A DNA stretch of 64,000 nt, from contig JBHGNT010000015.1 of assembly GCA_043228905.1 (NCBI GenBank), positions 16,926,001 to 16,990,000 on the forward strand. The letters are read 5' to 3'. The stretch comes from Azolla caroliniana. Taxonomy: Eukaryota; Plantae; Polypodiophyta. Positions 14,280 through 26,200 of this stretch are shown piece after piece. Within the stretch, counting starts at the first letter, position 1, and every line of letters begins with the position of its first letter. The translations under genes were made by a program, and so were the position numbers. The notes beneath the pieces were generated by a model. That model worked only from the letters and a program-made list of their open reading frames with translations. It made no database searches and was not told the origin of the DNA.

Positions 14280-17200
14280 AAACCCTAAACCCTTTCTTTC
14301 TATGACCTTCTCATTGATTCTGCTTTGCACTCTCTCTCTCTCTCTCTGCGTTCTCTGCAATGTCTGTCCTCTCCTCTGTGTTTTCTGCAATGTGAATGTC
14401 TGTCTGCGTTCTGTGCAATGTCTGTCCTCTGTGTTTTTTGCAATGCCTAACCCTGTGCGTTTTCTACCAAATCTGATTCCCTGTATCTTCTGCCAAATCC
14501 GTTCCTCTATGCTTTCTGACCAGTAGAAATCTCTAGAATCTATATTGTTCTTTCTGCCCTCAACATCTCCTATACCTGCTGTCTTAAGACACCATGGAGT
14601 CTGAATGGACCGAAAATGAAAAGATGGATCTTAACATGCATGACGAGGATCTAGATCCATGGAAGACCCCAAGAAGATATCATGGACGAAAAGGACGGGA
14701 TGGAAGCACCTCGAATAGCGTTAGAAGGGCGCAGAAGGCACCTAGAACACAGGCCCCATCTGACATTCCATTTGATGTCGAAAATGGGAAACATGATTTA
14801 TTACGCCATTTGATTGCGCAAGAGATCAATATTATTAGAGAAGATATAGAAATAACACTAAAAAAAGAAATGACAAAGGAGATAGAGAAATAGAAAACAG
14901 AATTGTATGCCTCTCTCAAGGCCGAGTTATTAGAAGAAATGCAGAAAGACATAATAAGCAATGTGGAGAAATCACACTTCGAGCTCAAGGATGACATGAC
15001 ACAATACCTTAAGGATGAAATATCCTTAAGTAAGGTTGAGTTAGGAGCTATAAAAGTGGATTTAGAAAAAAGACAAGAAGCAGTGGAAAGATGCAACTCT
15101 ACAGTGGAAGCCAATGTCACGAAGGAAATGCAAACATGGGCAAACATGGCCAAAGATGCCAAAGCTCAAGCTGAGCACGCCCAAAACGAAATTAAAGCAA
15201 ATGCTCCTTGGATAGAGGTAGTAAAAAAGCAAAAAGGAACATCCATGGATAGGGTGGCAATGATGAATGCTACTTTAGAAGAAGAAGCCAAGAGGAAAGC
15301 TCATGCGTTGCATGTACGAGTGGTTGGTTGGGCCGAAAAGGGAAGTCCACAAGAAGATGCCAAGAATCTCGGAACAAAGATTGGAGCATCAGATATTCCA
15401 TTTGCTTTGGCGTGGATGGTGGGAAGAGATGAGTCTAGAGCTAAAGCCCTTATCATCCGCTTCATGGATATTGACAAGAAGAAAACTTTGCTCTCTAAAA
15501 GAAAGGCACTCAAGGGTGAAAAAATATACTTAGAAGACGATCTCACTCCAACCCAAGTGGCACACCGCAAAGAAAACATGCCACGAGTGCTTGATGCAAG
15601 AAAGGAAGGTAAATGGGCCCTATATAGAGACGGCAAGGTCATTATTACAGAGAAGAGAACCGCATGATGATATATGGCCTATAAGACCCTACGCATGACC
15701 AAGGTTGTTAGGTACGTTATGTACGGTACGGATACCATACGTATATAACGTATTAATACGCGTATAGTACCTCCCAATTGAAAAATACGTTAAATATGTT
15801 TTCTTAATATGTTAAATACTTATAAAATACGTCAGATACGTATTTTACGTATAGTACGTTAAATACTTCTAGAATTTGAAAATTATTTACCTTTCTAAAA
15901 AATATCTATAATATTGTAAAAAACATCTATGTTTACACAATTTTGTGATGTACAGTATAGTTCTACATGTCCTAAAATGCATATAAGACATTTAAACATT
16001 TCACATCCTAAAATACTTGTATTAATATGAATGTTGACATTCTCTTATTCTATAAATTAGTGTGTGTATCATGATGTTCTACTTCAAATTGTAATTATTT
16101 ACAATGATGCCTTCATAGATTGAGGAATCTTCTACGATTATCACATTCATGATAGGTTTCTCTTTTCTTCGTTTTCTTCTTCTATCTTCTACGATTATCA
16201 CACTCAGAGTCAAGACAGGTTTATGTCTTCTTTTCTCTCTTCTTCTTCTTCTTCATCTTCTTCATCTTCTTCATCTTCTTCATCTTCTTCATCGTTGTCT
16301 CTTCTATTCTTCTTTCTTCCTTCCTTTGGCTTCTTTTTCGCTAATTTTTTTTTTTCTTTTGCTTTTTGTTGGGTTTTTACTTACATTTTCTTTATAAATA
16401 CGTATTATACCTGTTTTTTTACAAATATGTTAAATACCGTATTGGACAAATGTACATGATATTTGACTGAAAAACATTGAGGTATAGTACGTACTATACA
16501 AATTATGAGCTACTATACATATTTAAACGTTAAATACAGGTACGTAAACAACCATGCGCATGACCATATGGAATTGCAATGGCTCTCTACGGACAGATGT
16601 CGGATATTTTGAAGATACATTGAAAAACACAGATATTGCTATGTATACAGAGACTCACCAATGCATGGCTAGCAAACTCCCCGAGATACAAGGATATAGA
16701 TGGGAGTCAATATGTCGCCCCCAACCTCGGATACGAGGAAGCACTAGAGGTTCGGGAGGAGTGGCTGTGCTATAAAAAGAGGAGCTCCATGGTAGAGTGC
16801 ATGTTGTCCATAAGGATGTAGATGCACGCTACATGTGGAAACGAATAAAAAGAGGGGATCTTAGGGAGTTATATATTGCAATTTGCTACTTTCCACTTGC
16901 CTACTCAAGGTTTGCACCTCTAGGTGAATCATCATATCTACCACTATATGATGATATCATAAGATTTGCTACTATGGGGGACATAATACTGTTAGGAGAT
17001 TTTAATGCACGAACCAAGGATAAACAAACAACTATGTTTAACACCAACGAGGCTGTTTATGGAGAAGTTATGGTAGAAGAGGTTGGTCTAAAGCGACAAG
17101 CTCAAGATATGAGTGCTATAACTGAATATGGAAAACACTTTCTAGCCTTGGGAAGCGCGCATGGATTTGTGATATATAATGGCTTGTCACAATGGCTTGG

Positions 17201-20200
17201 ATCAGATGCTTTGACATGTTGGAACCCAAAAGGGGGTGCCAACACAATCGATTATCTAATGGGATCTCCATCCCTTATACTTGAAATAAAAGTGTTCACT
17301 ATATCGGGAAGACCTATTGGCTTGGCAGCTGATCATGCATATTTACGCTTTGAGGTAAAGGATGGATGCACAAACGATGTATATGCTAAGGAGAGTGGGC
17401 TGGCTAAGTATCTATTCACTCGCGAGACAATTGATGTGTATACTTGTGGTGTATACAATGGCATGCTAGATTTGGATCCATTCGCACCCCTTGAAGAACT
17501 TACCCAAGGTTTATCCAAATTGTTGCATAAAGCAGCCACAAATGCCTTCCCTCACACAACGGCCAATCCCCCCAAACTCGGTAGAGTAATACAAAATAGT
17601 TGGTATGATGGGGAATGTCGTGATACAAGGAGCTGCTTGTAGCGTGATGTAACTCGGGGCATTTGTACACACAACCAAGCGAGAGCAACCTTCCAACGCC
17701 TCGTGAGGAAGAAGAAGAGATTGTATTTGGCTAAATTTGAAGATCTTTTGTATTGCTTGTTTCTAGGACGAGAGTAAATGAGCATGGAAAATGTTTAATG
17801 AGAGACAAACCCACCACACAACTGACTTCACCTCAGGTGTGGCAGGAATATGCAAAGGTTCTATATGATATCTCAGGGCAACCCCCTCTTCCCCACCTGA
17901 AAGCCTCATGCCCACATGAATCAACCCTCTGTACACCACAAAATGTAAGAAAGGCCATTGATCGCCTACAATTTGGGAAGGCCCAAGATCATGATGGATT
18001 GGTGGGTGAGCACTTTATCTATGCCTGTGACACCTTGCTCCCATTGCTAGCACACATCTTTAATAGAGCCATGTGTGAAGGTTTTCCTACTAGATGGACT
18101 CAACATACCATTGTGCCAATCCTCAAGAGTGGAGACCCCATGATGCCAAGCAACTATAGGACAATCATGATTGGCCATTACTTGGCTAAACTATATAGCT
18201 CGATTCTAGAATCATAATTGAGTAGGGGTTCACAACTTTGGATCACATATTCACCCTCCGGGCCCTTATTGAGGAGGGCAGAGCCCACAATAAGAGGAAT
18301 TATTGCTGCTTTGTGGATTTCCGAAAAGCCTTTGACACTGTGTCACGTGCTCAGCTTATGCAGCGGCTTGAAGTCCTTGGTGTTCCTATAGATATGCAAT
18401 GGGGAATCTATGCACTCTATGAATCTGTGTCAGGAAAAGTGCGGTCTTCTAAGGGCTTGTCAGAGGCGGTGGCTAGCACAATTGGCATGAAGCACGGATG
18501 CCCAATATCCCCCACACTCTTCGGTCTCTATATAGATGAGGTATCACAGTACATAGAGAGATTTGGGGGTTCCGGAGCACACCTAGCAGGTATAGCTATA
18601 CAAATATTACTATATGTTGATGATATTGTGCTGATTTTTGACTCTCCAGAGGGACTACAAAGACATCTAAATGCCTTAAAACTATTTTGTACGGACAAAG
18701 GTTTGTCAATCAACATGAATAAAACTAAAGTGATGGTGTTTAACACCACCCAAGCATGGGTAACAAGATCAGAATCAGAATTCTTCTTGGGAGAGGAAAA
18801 GGTGGAATACACACGCTCCTACACATACCTAGGAGTAATATTTACAGGACCTAGGTTCTCCTTACAGGAAGCCACTTGTGCCCGACTTTCTCGTGCATAT
18901 GCAGCCCTTGGTGCTCTCGAGAGACAATGTGCACATTTGCAGTTCCAAGAGCCACGGACTAAGCTATGGTTATTTGATACACTTGGCACACCAACTCTTC
19001 TCTATGGAGTAGAGACATGGGGACCAAGTCTTAACAAGGCAAATCATTGGAAAGATTTAGAGAGACCTTTAGTGTCAATGATTGCTCGCATGATAAGGAG
19101 CAAAGCATCAGTGCCCCACGATGTAATCTGGGCAGAGATGGGAGGAGCACCTATAATAACCGAGGCGTTCCGATCAGTGACATTTATCCAACGTCTTTGG
19201 GAGCTCCCTAAACGAAGGTACCCAAGGTTGGCACTTATGTCATCAAAACAACTGGCTGAAAATGGAGACACTCATTGTTGGTATGCTGAAATGCAGCAAT
19301 GGTTCGAGTCACATGGCATGAGTATAAATTCCCTACCCCCATTCCAATATAGCTTGGATTGTCCCCATCTAAATATGACCAAAGTGGAAAAGAATAGAGT
19401 GATCTGAACTGATATTATTAAGTGGGAAAACAAGATAACATGGATCAGCCCCAAAATACCACTTGGTACAAAGATGGCCCACTATAAGACACTTCTTACA
19501 TACATCGGAGGATGGATTTCTCATCAGGCCACCTTATATGGACATATATCTATCCTATGTGATGCGTAGTGTGATAGGGCAGCTGCGAACTTCATCACAT
19601 TAGCTACAGATTGAGGTAGGGAGATATACACGACTACCTCTAGAAGAGAGAATTTGCCAATTGTGTTATCAAGGAGTGGAATCTGAAGAACACTATGTTT
19701 GTCATTGTAGTCTTTTATGAAATCAAAGGGAGATACCATTGCCTCTTTAAACAAAGCTTTGGCCCACTATGCAAGGTAATGGAATATGAGGACCAACGAT
19801 GCCTAGGACTTTTCTTGCTAGAGCTCAAGAGACATCGGGAAAAGTTGTTGAAGAATATAGCCACACAAGCTCATCCACAAAGAACAATCACAACTTTCTT
19901 TAGCTCCATCACTCCTAATGCTAGAAGTCAACCCCGGGATACACAAATGAGCTTCAGACCAAGACATAACAAAGGCGTTACAATTGATCGGGCAATGACA
20001 ATTTGCCGTGCACGTAGGCCTCGGCCCCATGGACCATGACCTCGATACCCTTGTCATCGACAGATAAAAGCCATTATCTCCCGCCATCGTAGGTGCTTCC
20101 CTCGCTTCGGAGACATTTCCATTATGGATCAACCTATGCTAGAGATCTTTCGAAAACAAAAGCTACAATATACCTAACTTGAGGATCTCACATGTGCAAA

Positions 20201-23200
20201 ACCAGATTCCCTCATTTATTTTCTTTTCATGTTATTTACTTTTATATTTACTGTGTAATATTTATTTTATTTTGATTTGTTCTCAAAGACGAGACAACAC
20301 TTAAGATGTAATCTCTTATTTGGTCTTATAGGCCATTTTGGCCTCTTAAAAGATGTTAATATATCTTTCTTTCTTTCTTCTTTCTCTCTCTCTCTCTCTC
20401 TCTCTTTTTATTTCTCTGTGCTGCTAGACAGCAACTACCCGTATATACCTAATCTAGATCAACCTCTCAGCTCTGATGCCATGTTAGAAATATTGAAAAT
20501 CGATTAGATAGGTATATAGAGTTACAACCACAAAGATGGATATATAAAAACAAAACTTCTATTACATATGAGAGTAGCTCACAATGGTAGTTCACCCATG
20601 CACTCACACTTTAGAGCTTCGATGGGATCTAGACCAGCTCACTACAAAATAAGTGGGGACTGATGATCAATCCAACCACTGTGCAAGAAAGTGGATTATA
20701 TTCTGTGTTTGGTCTGAGTATAGCATTAAATGTGCAAGTCAGTTGATAATAGTGGAGATATTCCTTTTTTGTCAACTGACTTGTCATTTAATATGACCCA
20801 ACTCCCTAGATACAGGCTAGTGCTAGATAGTACTTATCTTGAAGTCAATGGCACATACTTCAAGACTAAGTACATCATAACTTGCCCACAAAATATTCTA
20901 GTTGACTTGATTAGCCAATCCTATTACCTATTTCACTCTTTCCTAAATCCATTGTGTCCTACGCGTCTATTGTTTCCTAGATTAACACCTTATCAACCCA
21001 TATGGTCAAGTTGCACACTAGCCGCTCCTCATTTGGGGCGCTATCACAAAATGTGCACTCTACGAGCACATATGGGGATAGATTTACAACTTGGGGCTGA
21101 TCATTGATTATATCTAACACATGGAAATAGAAGGTTTTCAATGTGGGTAAGGGCAGTGGCTTTATTGATTAACTTTTCCATACAATATATTAAGATCACT
21201 TTGCACAGAGCCCTGCCCAACTCAGGTCATGCATAAATATCATAGCTTAACCTGGTAATTCCCTTACATTCCCCTAATTCATATGGCTATATATTGTCTC
21301 CTTAACTCAAGTATCAGATAATGCCTTACATATTAGTCTTTATCCACCGATTATGCACCACCTCATACATATAATGTAACAGAGTTTTGGAAACATAACT
21401 GGAATGGAAATCCTTTGGAAATAGGTTAGAATTGTGTTGATCACTATGGAACAATGACTTTCCACTTACGAATTTCAGACCACCTTGCTTTTGTTTTATT
21501 CTCTTATTATTACTTTATGAGTTCTTAATCTTATAAAGCTATAATTATTGATTTTATTGTCACATGTAAGTGGATAAATAAGCACACGTTTGAAAACACT
21601 GTTGAGTTCAATATTTATCGATGAGGAATATTATTTTGGTACTTGCAGGGTGGACACCACAAACGTTTACATCATCGCGCAAGAATCGTGCAGAACGTTC
21701 TCAACAAAGTGCATATGACTTCATGGATGATGATGAAAAAGAAGTATGGAGAAAATTATAGATTTTGTTTGAACTGCAGTCATTTTAGCTATCTGCATCA
21801 GGCACATTTTCTATTTGTCCATTGCAGGAACAAGATTCTACGAAACTTGCTACTTCTTCAAACTTTGATACTTTTGGATTTACAGCTGCTGAGTTTGCTC
21901 GAAATGAAGCTGAACGAGAGCTCAAGAAACGGTAAGAACAAGCATAGTCTGCACTTGCATGTGATATTTTCAAATTCACTCATTAAGAATTATTCCATTT
22001 TAAAGACATTGTTTCTATGTCTATTTTTCAAATCTGTTAGTTTTTAGGTCAACTCATTAGATATAGCATACTTATGCCTTTTCTTTTCAGTCCTTGATGT
22101 GAATAGGCCGTAAATTTAAATTCTGAGGTGAATCTAAAGGAAGTCTTTGTGCTCTCAAGGACTGACAATAAGGATATGACACTGCTTCTTGTTTGTCTTT
22201 CAAACAGGCCATCTGCAATTCCTGGATTACTTCCTGATGAGATCATTGTCCCTGTGTCACGATCAGTGGGTATGTCTGTAAAAATGTTTTCAATAAAGTT
22301 TCCTTATTTTAGTTGCACTAAATACACATTATGGACATTTTGCGGTCTTCTAGGTGTTGAATTGCTACGCAAGATGGGTTTGAGGCATGGCAGAGCCATT
22401 GGACCAAAACATATCGCAGCATCGTCTGGTATACCTTGCATTAAGTTGATATGCTATATATTGGTACATAATGATCCATCAGATAGATTTGGATCAATAT
22501 GAGTCACTATTGTATTTCTACCTTATTTAGTGGCAGTCTATTGTTTTCGAAAGTTTTGTAAAAGCTGAAAGTAGGAAGAAAAGAGTGTCGGTTAAATTAT
22601 ACTTCTCTTTCTCTAAAAATTTGAGACTTTTCGTCTGCTTAATTTAATTTATGTATCCAATTTAATGTATTGAAGGTCACGGCATCATTACATTTACAAA
22701 TGACAGAAAGAGGTGGAAAATCACATTGTACATGATGTCTTTCTTAAGAATTTTTCTACATTCAAGAAATTACAAAAGCCCCTCTAATCACAAAATTTCT
22801 TGTATAATATGCGCTATAGTATCTGGGCTTCTTAGTTTTCATGCTCTGATAAACCTAATGTGGTTTCTTGATTTTTTGGGTAAGTTATTTCTGAAAAGTC
22901 TCCCCTACGAAATGTATGAATCGAATTTACTTATCCCCTGATGGCATGTATAGTATGGAAATCTCTGCAAGATATTGTGCACGTTGGTAGTGGTTTATCA
23001 TACAATTTTCTTCTTAATATAGTATTTACAGTCAATTTAATTGGAAAAAAATATCTGCAGATGCTAGAAAAGAAGGACGTAAAGCACTTTTGGCTTTTGC
23101 ACCTCCTGATCAAGGGGAACCATCCAAAGAAGAAGAAAATGTGGAATTACATGAAGAACCTGATCAGGACAGTGAGACTGGTCTACAGGACACTGGGTTC

Positions 23201-26200
23201 ATGTCTGAAACTACCTTGGTATGGCATATGTCTCTATTGTGGTAGAAATAGCACTGTTCTTGAGCATTGCCTCAATGTATTATTGAAGGACCTTGGTTTT
23301 TTGTCAATATGTGTTCATTTCCTGTTGACATTTCAATTGTTGATAGTATTCAAACATACGTAATAAAATGCAAACATTCAATTATGCCTGAGTTCATAAA
23401 CACAGACAGATAGATATTTTATAGCGTCCATAGAGAGGCCAATATTGACCCATAGGACCTACAAATCCAGAAATGGCAAGGGGGAAGACTGAGAAAGATA
23501 GTAAAAGGACACATTTCTGTCTGGCAATGTAATTTTAGAAGAGGAGCTTATGAAATTGTATGCAGCATATTTTGAGATCTGTAATGTTGTTCAAATTGAG
23601 TTTCCAAACCCTAATTCCAGCTGCAATTCTACAGACATATGTAATTAATCCAAAGAAGGACCGCTATGGGTTTGGATTTGACCCGTTTCGCAATGCACCT
23701 GAATTTCGAGGTAGGAAAAGAGACACTGGTTTTAAAATTATTTTTGGGTGAATCATTCAATTAGCACTTGTTTTGTGTGAGCTGTATTATTTTTGGGTGA
23801 ATCACTCAATTAGCACTTGTTTTGTGTGAGCTGTACAGATCGACAACATGCTCAAGAAGGATATGATAAAACAAAGAGTTCATCAAATAAACGCAACATT
23901 GCTGCCAAACCAAGCTTGTTCAGGCCTAATGGTATGTTAAGATTCAAGACACGAGTTACATGTTTATGTAGTGAGTCACATTTATTATGCACTGTGTTGT
24001 ATCTGCATGTTCAATCGGTGTGATAGATTTGCTGATATGGATATGGTCACTTTCATACACTAGTATACAATGCATGTACTTGAGTAGGTCTGTTTTTTTG
24101 GACTATTAATTGATGATGAGCTATTGCTTAAAAACACTTCATTCCATAATTATATGGCTGTGTCATGACATACTTCAGAATATTGTGTCTTTGCTTATAT
24201 AAGAAAAGAGAATAATAAATCATCTATAAGTGGTCAAAATAGATAAAAAATTGAAAATATTCAGCCACATGGCATTGCCACATGATGAAGAGGAAAGTTT
24301 TAGTAAATGGAAATTTTACTCAAAGCAATGCTAGTTAGGTCAAAATAAATCACACTGATGTAAAGGTTATTTATTAAAGTTATATTCTATTTGAAAAGTA
24401 AAGCTGCAGGATAGGCAGGCACGGAGATGTTTCTCCCTTTTTTTGATGAATTGGAAATCATGCCAGGAATTCTAAATGAACATTCAAATATCTTCCAAAT
24501 GGCACTTTGTAAATCGTGTGCCATCAGCGTATTGGAGCCCATTATACTGGTGTTTATTTTTACTGATGTCTATGTGCCAAGGAGATCTTATAGAGATTAC
24601 ATCTATATAAGCTGACATTGATAAGCTTAAATACAATTCTGGCCTTCAATTTTTCTCTATTGGTCTAGAAAACTAATAAAATATCCTCATTTTTTGTTAA
24701 CAAATATTTTTCTTGATTGACATGTCATTTAAAATGCTTAGTTCTGTGTATATATATATATATTCACAGAATCATGTTACATCTGCATAAGTTCTGAGAG
24801 CTTAGAAAGTTGCAGTAGTTAACAACTTCTGTCAGTGATGAATCACAGTTGGACGAATGGGGGCTGGTTTTGGAATTGGTGCACTTGAAGAACTTGATGA
24901 GGAAGATGAAGATATCTATGCTCCAGGTATAGTTGTAGCCTATTGTTAGTTAGATGAAATGAAATTATTTGATAAATGTGATTTCATCTTGCAATCATTT
25001 CTTCAATAGGCAACTTCTCTGTGTTTTCTCCATTATTCCCATTTCTCATTCTCGTGCTCCATTTCTATGTGCTTTCTGAACCAATGCTATTTTGTTTCTT
25101 ACCAGATTTAATTAACAATAATGTGAAATGTATTGGATATAGTACGTTTTATGTCTTCTTGTTCACTTTATATTAAATTACTGAATGATAAATAACAAAG
25201 TAAACATTAATTTTGAACACTTTCTGAATGCTTATGCTCCACTTGCATTTGACTGCAGATATTGATTTTGAAGCAATGGCGAGTGATGAAGAGCCACATG
25301 CGCCAAAGTTAAAACCGCAAAAGCAACATATTTCACCAAAAACAAAGGATAGTATTCTGCCAGGTTTCAAACCTGCTGCGATTCCAGCATTTAAAGTAGA
25401 ATCGTAAGTTCATATTCTCATTTGAACTTTATGTAATATGCTCATTTCATAAGGATTGCTTGTCAGTAGCGCCTTGTTCATGAGAAGTCATTTTCTACTA
25501 TTGCACATTTGAAAAATGATGAATGGTCAGACTTGCTAGTATAGCTGCTGAAGCAAACTGGTCTATTATTCAACTAGAAATGCTTTTCATTTGAAAACTC
25601 GAATTATAATACCTAAAGATAGTCCCAAACATACATGAAGATTCTATGGTGGAGTTTGTAGATGATCCAATGATAAACGAACCTTTGTCAGAACCATTAT
25701 TTTAGAACGGGATAGCAATACAATTCAGCTGCAATTTGAGGGTTTGTGGACAATTGACCCAAGTTGAAATCTGGCACTGGGAGGCTTATGACTCCAATTC
25801 TCCCCGTCAATTTTGTAGAAACAAAATCTTATTAGCGTTTAACAGTGTTTTAAAGAAGAAAATCTTCAGGATTGTATTGTGTACGAATGGCGAAATGGAT
25901 GCTATTAGTAAAAAGTGCTTCTGGTTCTTTGATAGATTTCCACCTCCAATTGTACCTTCAGGCTTTGATATTGTGCATAAGTTCAAAGAATCACTTAATT
26001 CTGAAAAGGTGCACTCACATGCCGAGCCAGCAGAAGTTGCAGCACCTGAAGATAATCAGTTGCGTAAACTGATTGATGGTCTAGCTACTTTTGTTGCAAG
26101 GAGTGGCCAAAAACTTGAGAATCTATACATGGAGAAGAGAAGTAGTAATCCGATGTTTGAGTTCTTGTTTGAAGGTACTGGTCATGCTTATTACAAGCGG

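Larger units (their letters stand above)
14276..20383 (+). mobile_element. Near full-length, inactivated RTE/RTEX-like non-LTR retrotransposon (copy 3): 5'UTR, ORF1, APE-RT-zinc finger ORF2, 3'UTR and TTTC tail
   Basis: Flanked by (TC)n on both sides (14249-14275; 20384-20404). ORF1 14594-15667. ORF2 motifs: [70 protein letters not shown]. Confidence 0.92.
9213..21119 (-). mobile_element. Ty1/Copia element (family B) in TGH intron 2, carrying nested LINEs and a MITE in its leader
   Basis: 5' LTR 20482-21119 (TGTTAGA...TCTAACA) with PBS 20470-20481 (GCTCTGATGCCA). The 3' LTR 9213-9711 lacks its outer ~139 bp and has an adjacent PPT (CGCCCCCTCA on +). About 14 mismatches in ~500 bp between the LTRs. 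No TSD is recoverable because of the truncation. Confidence 0.92.
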
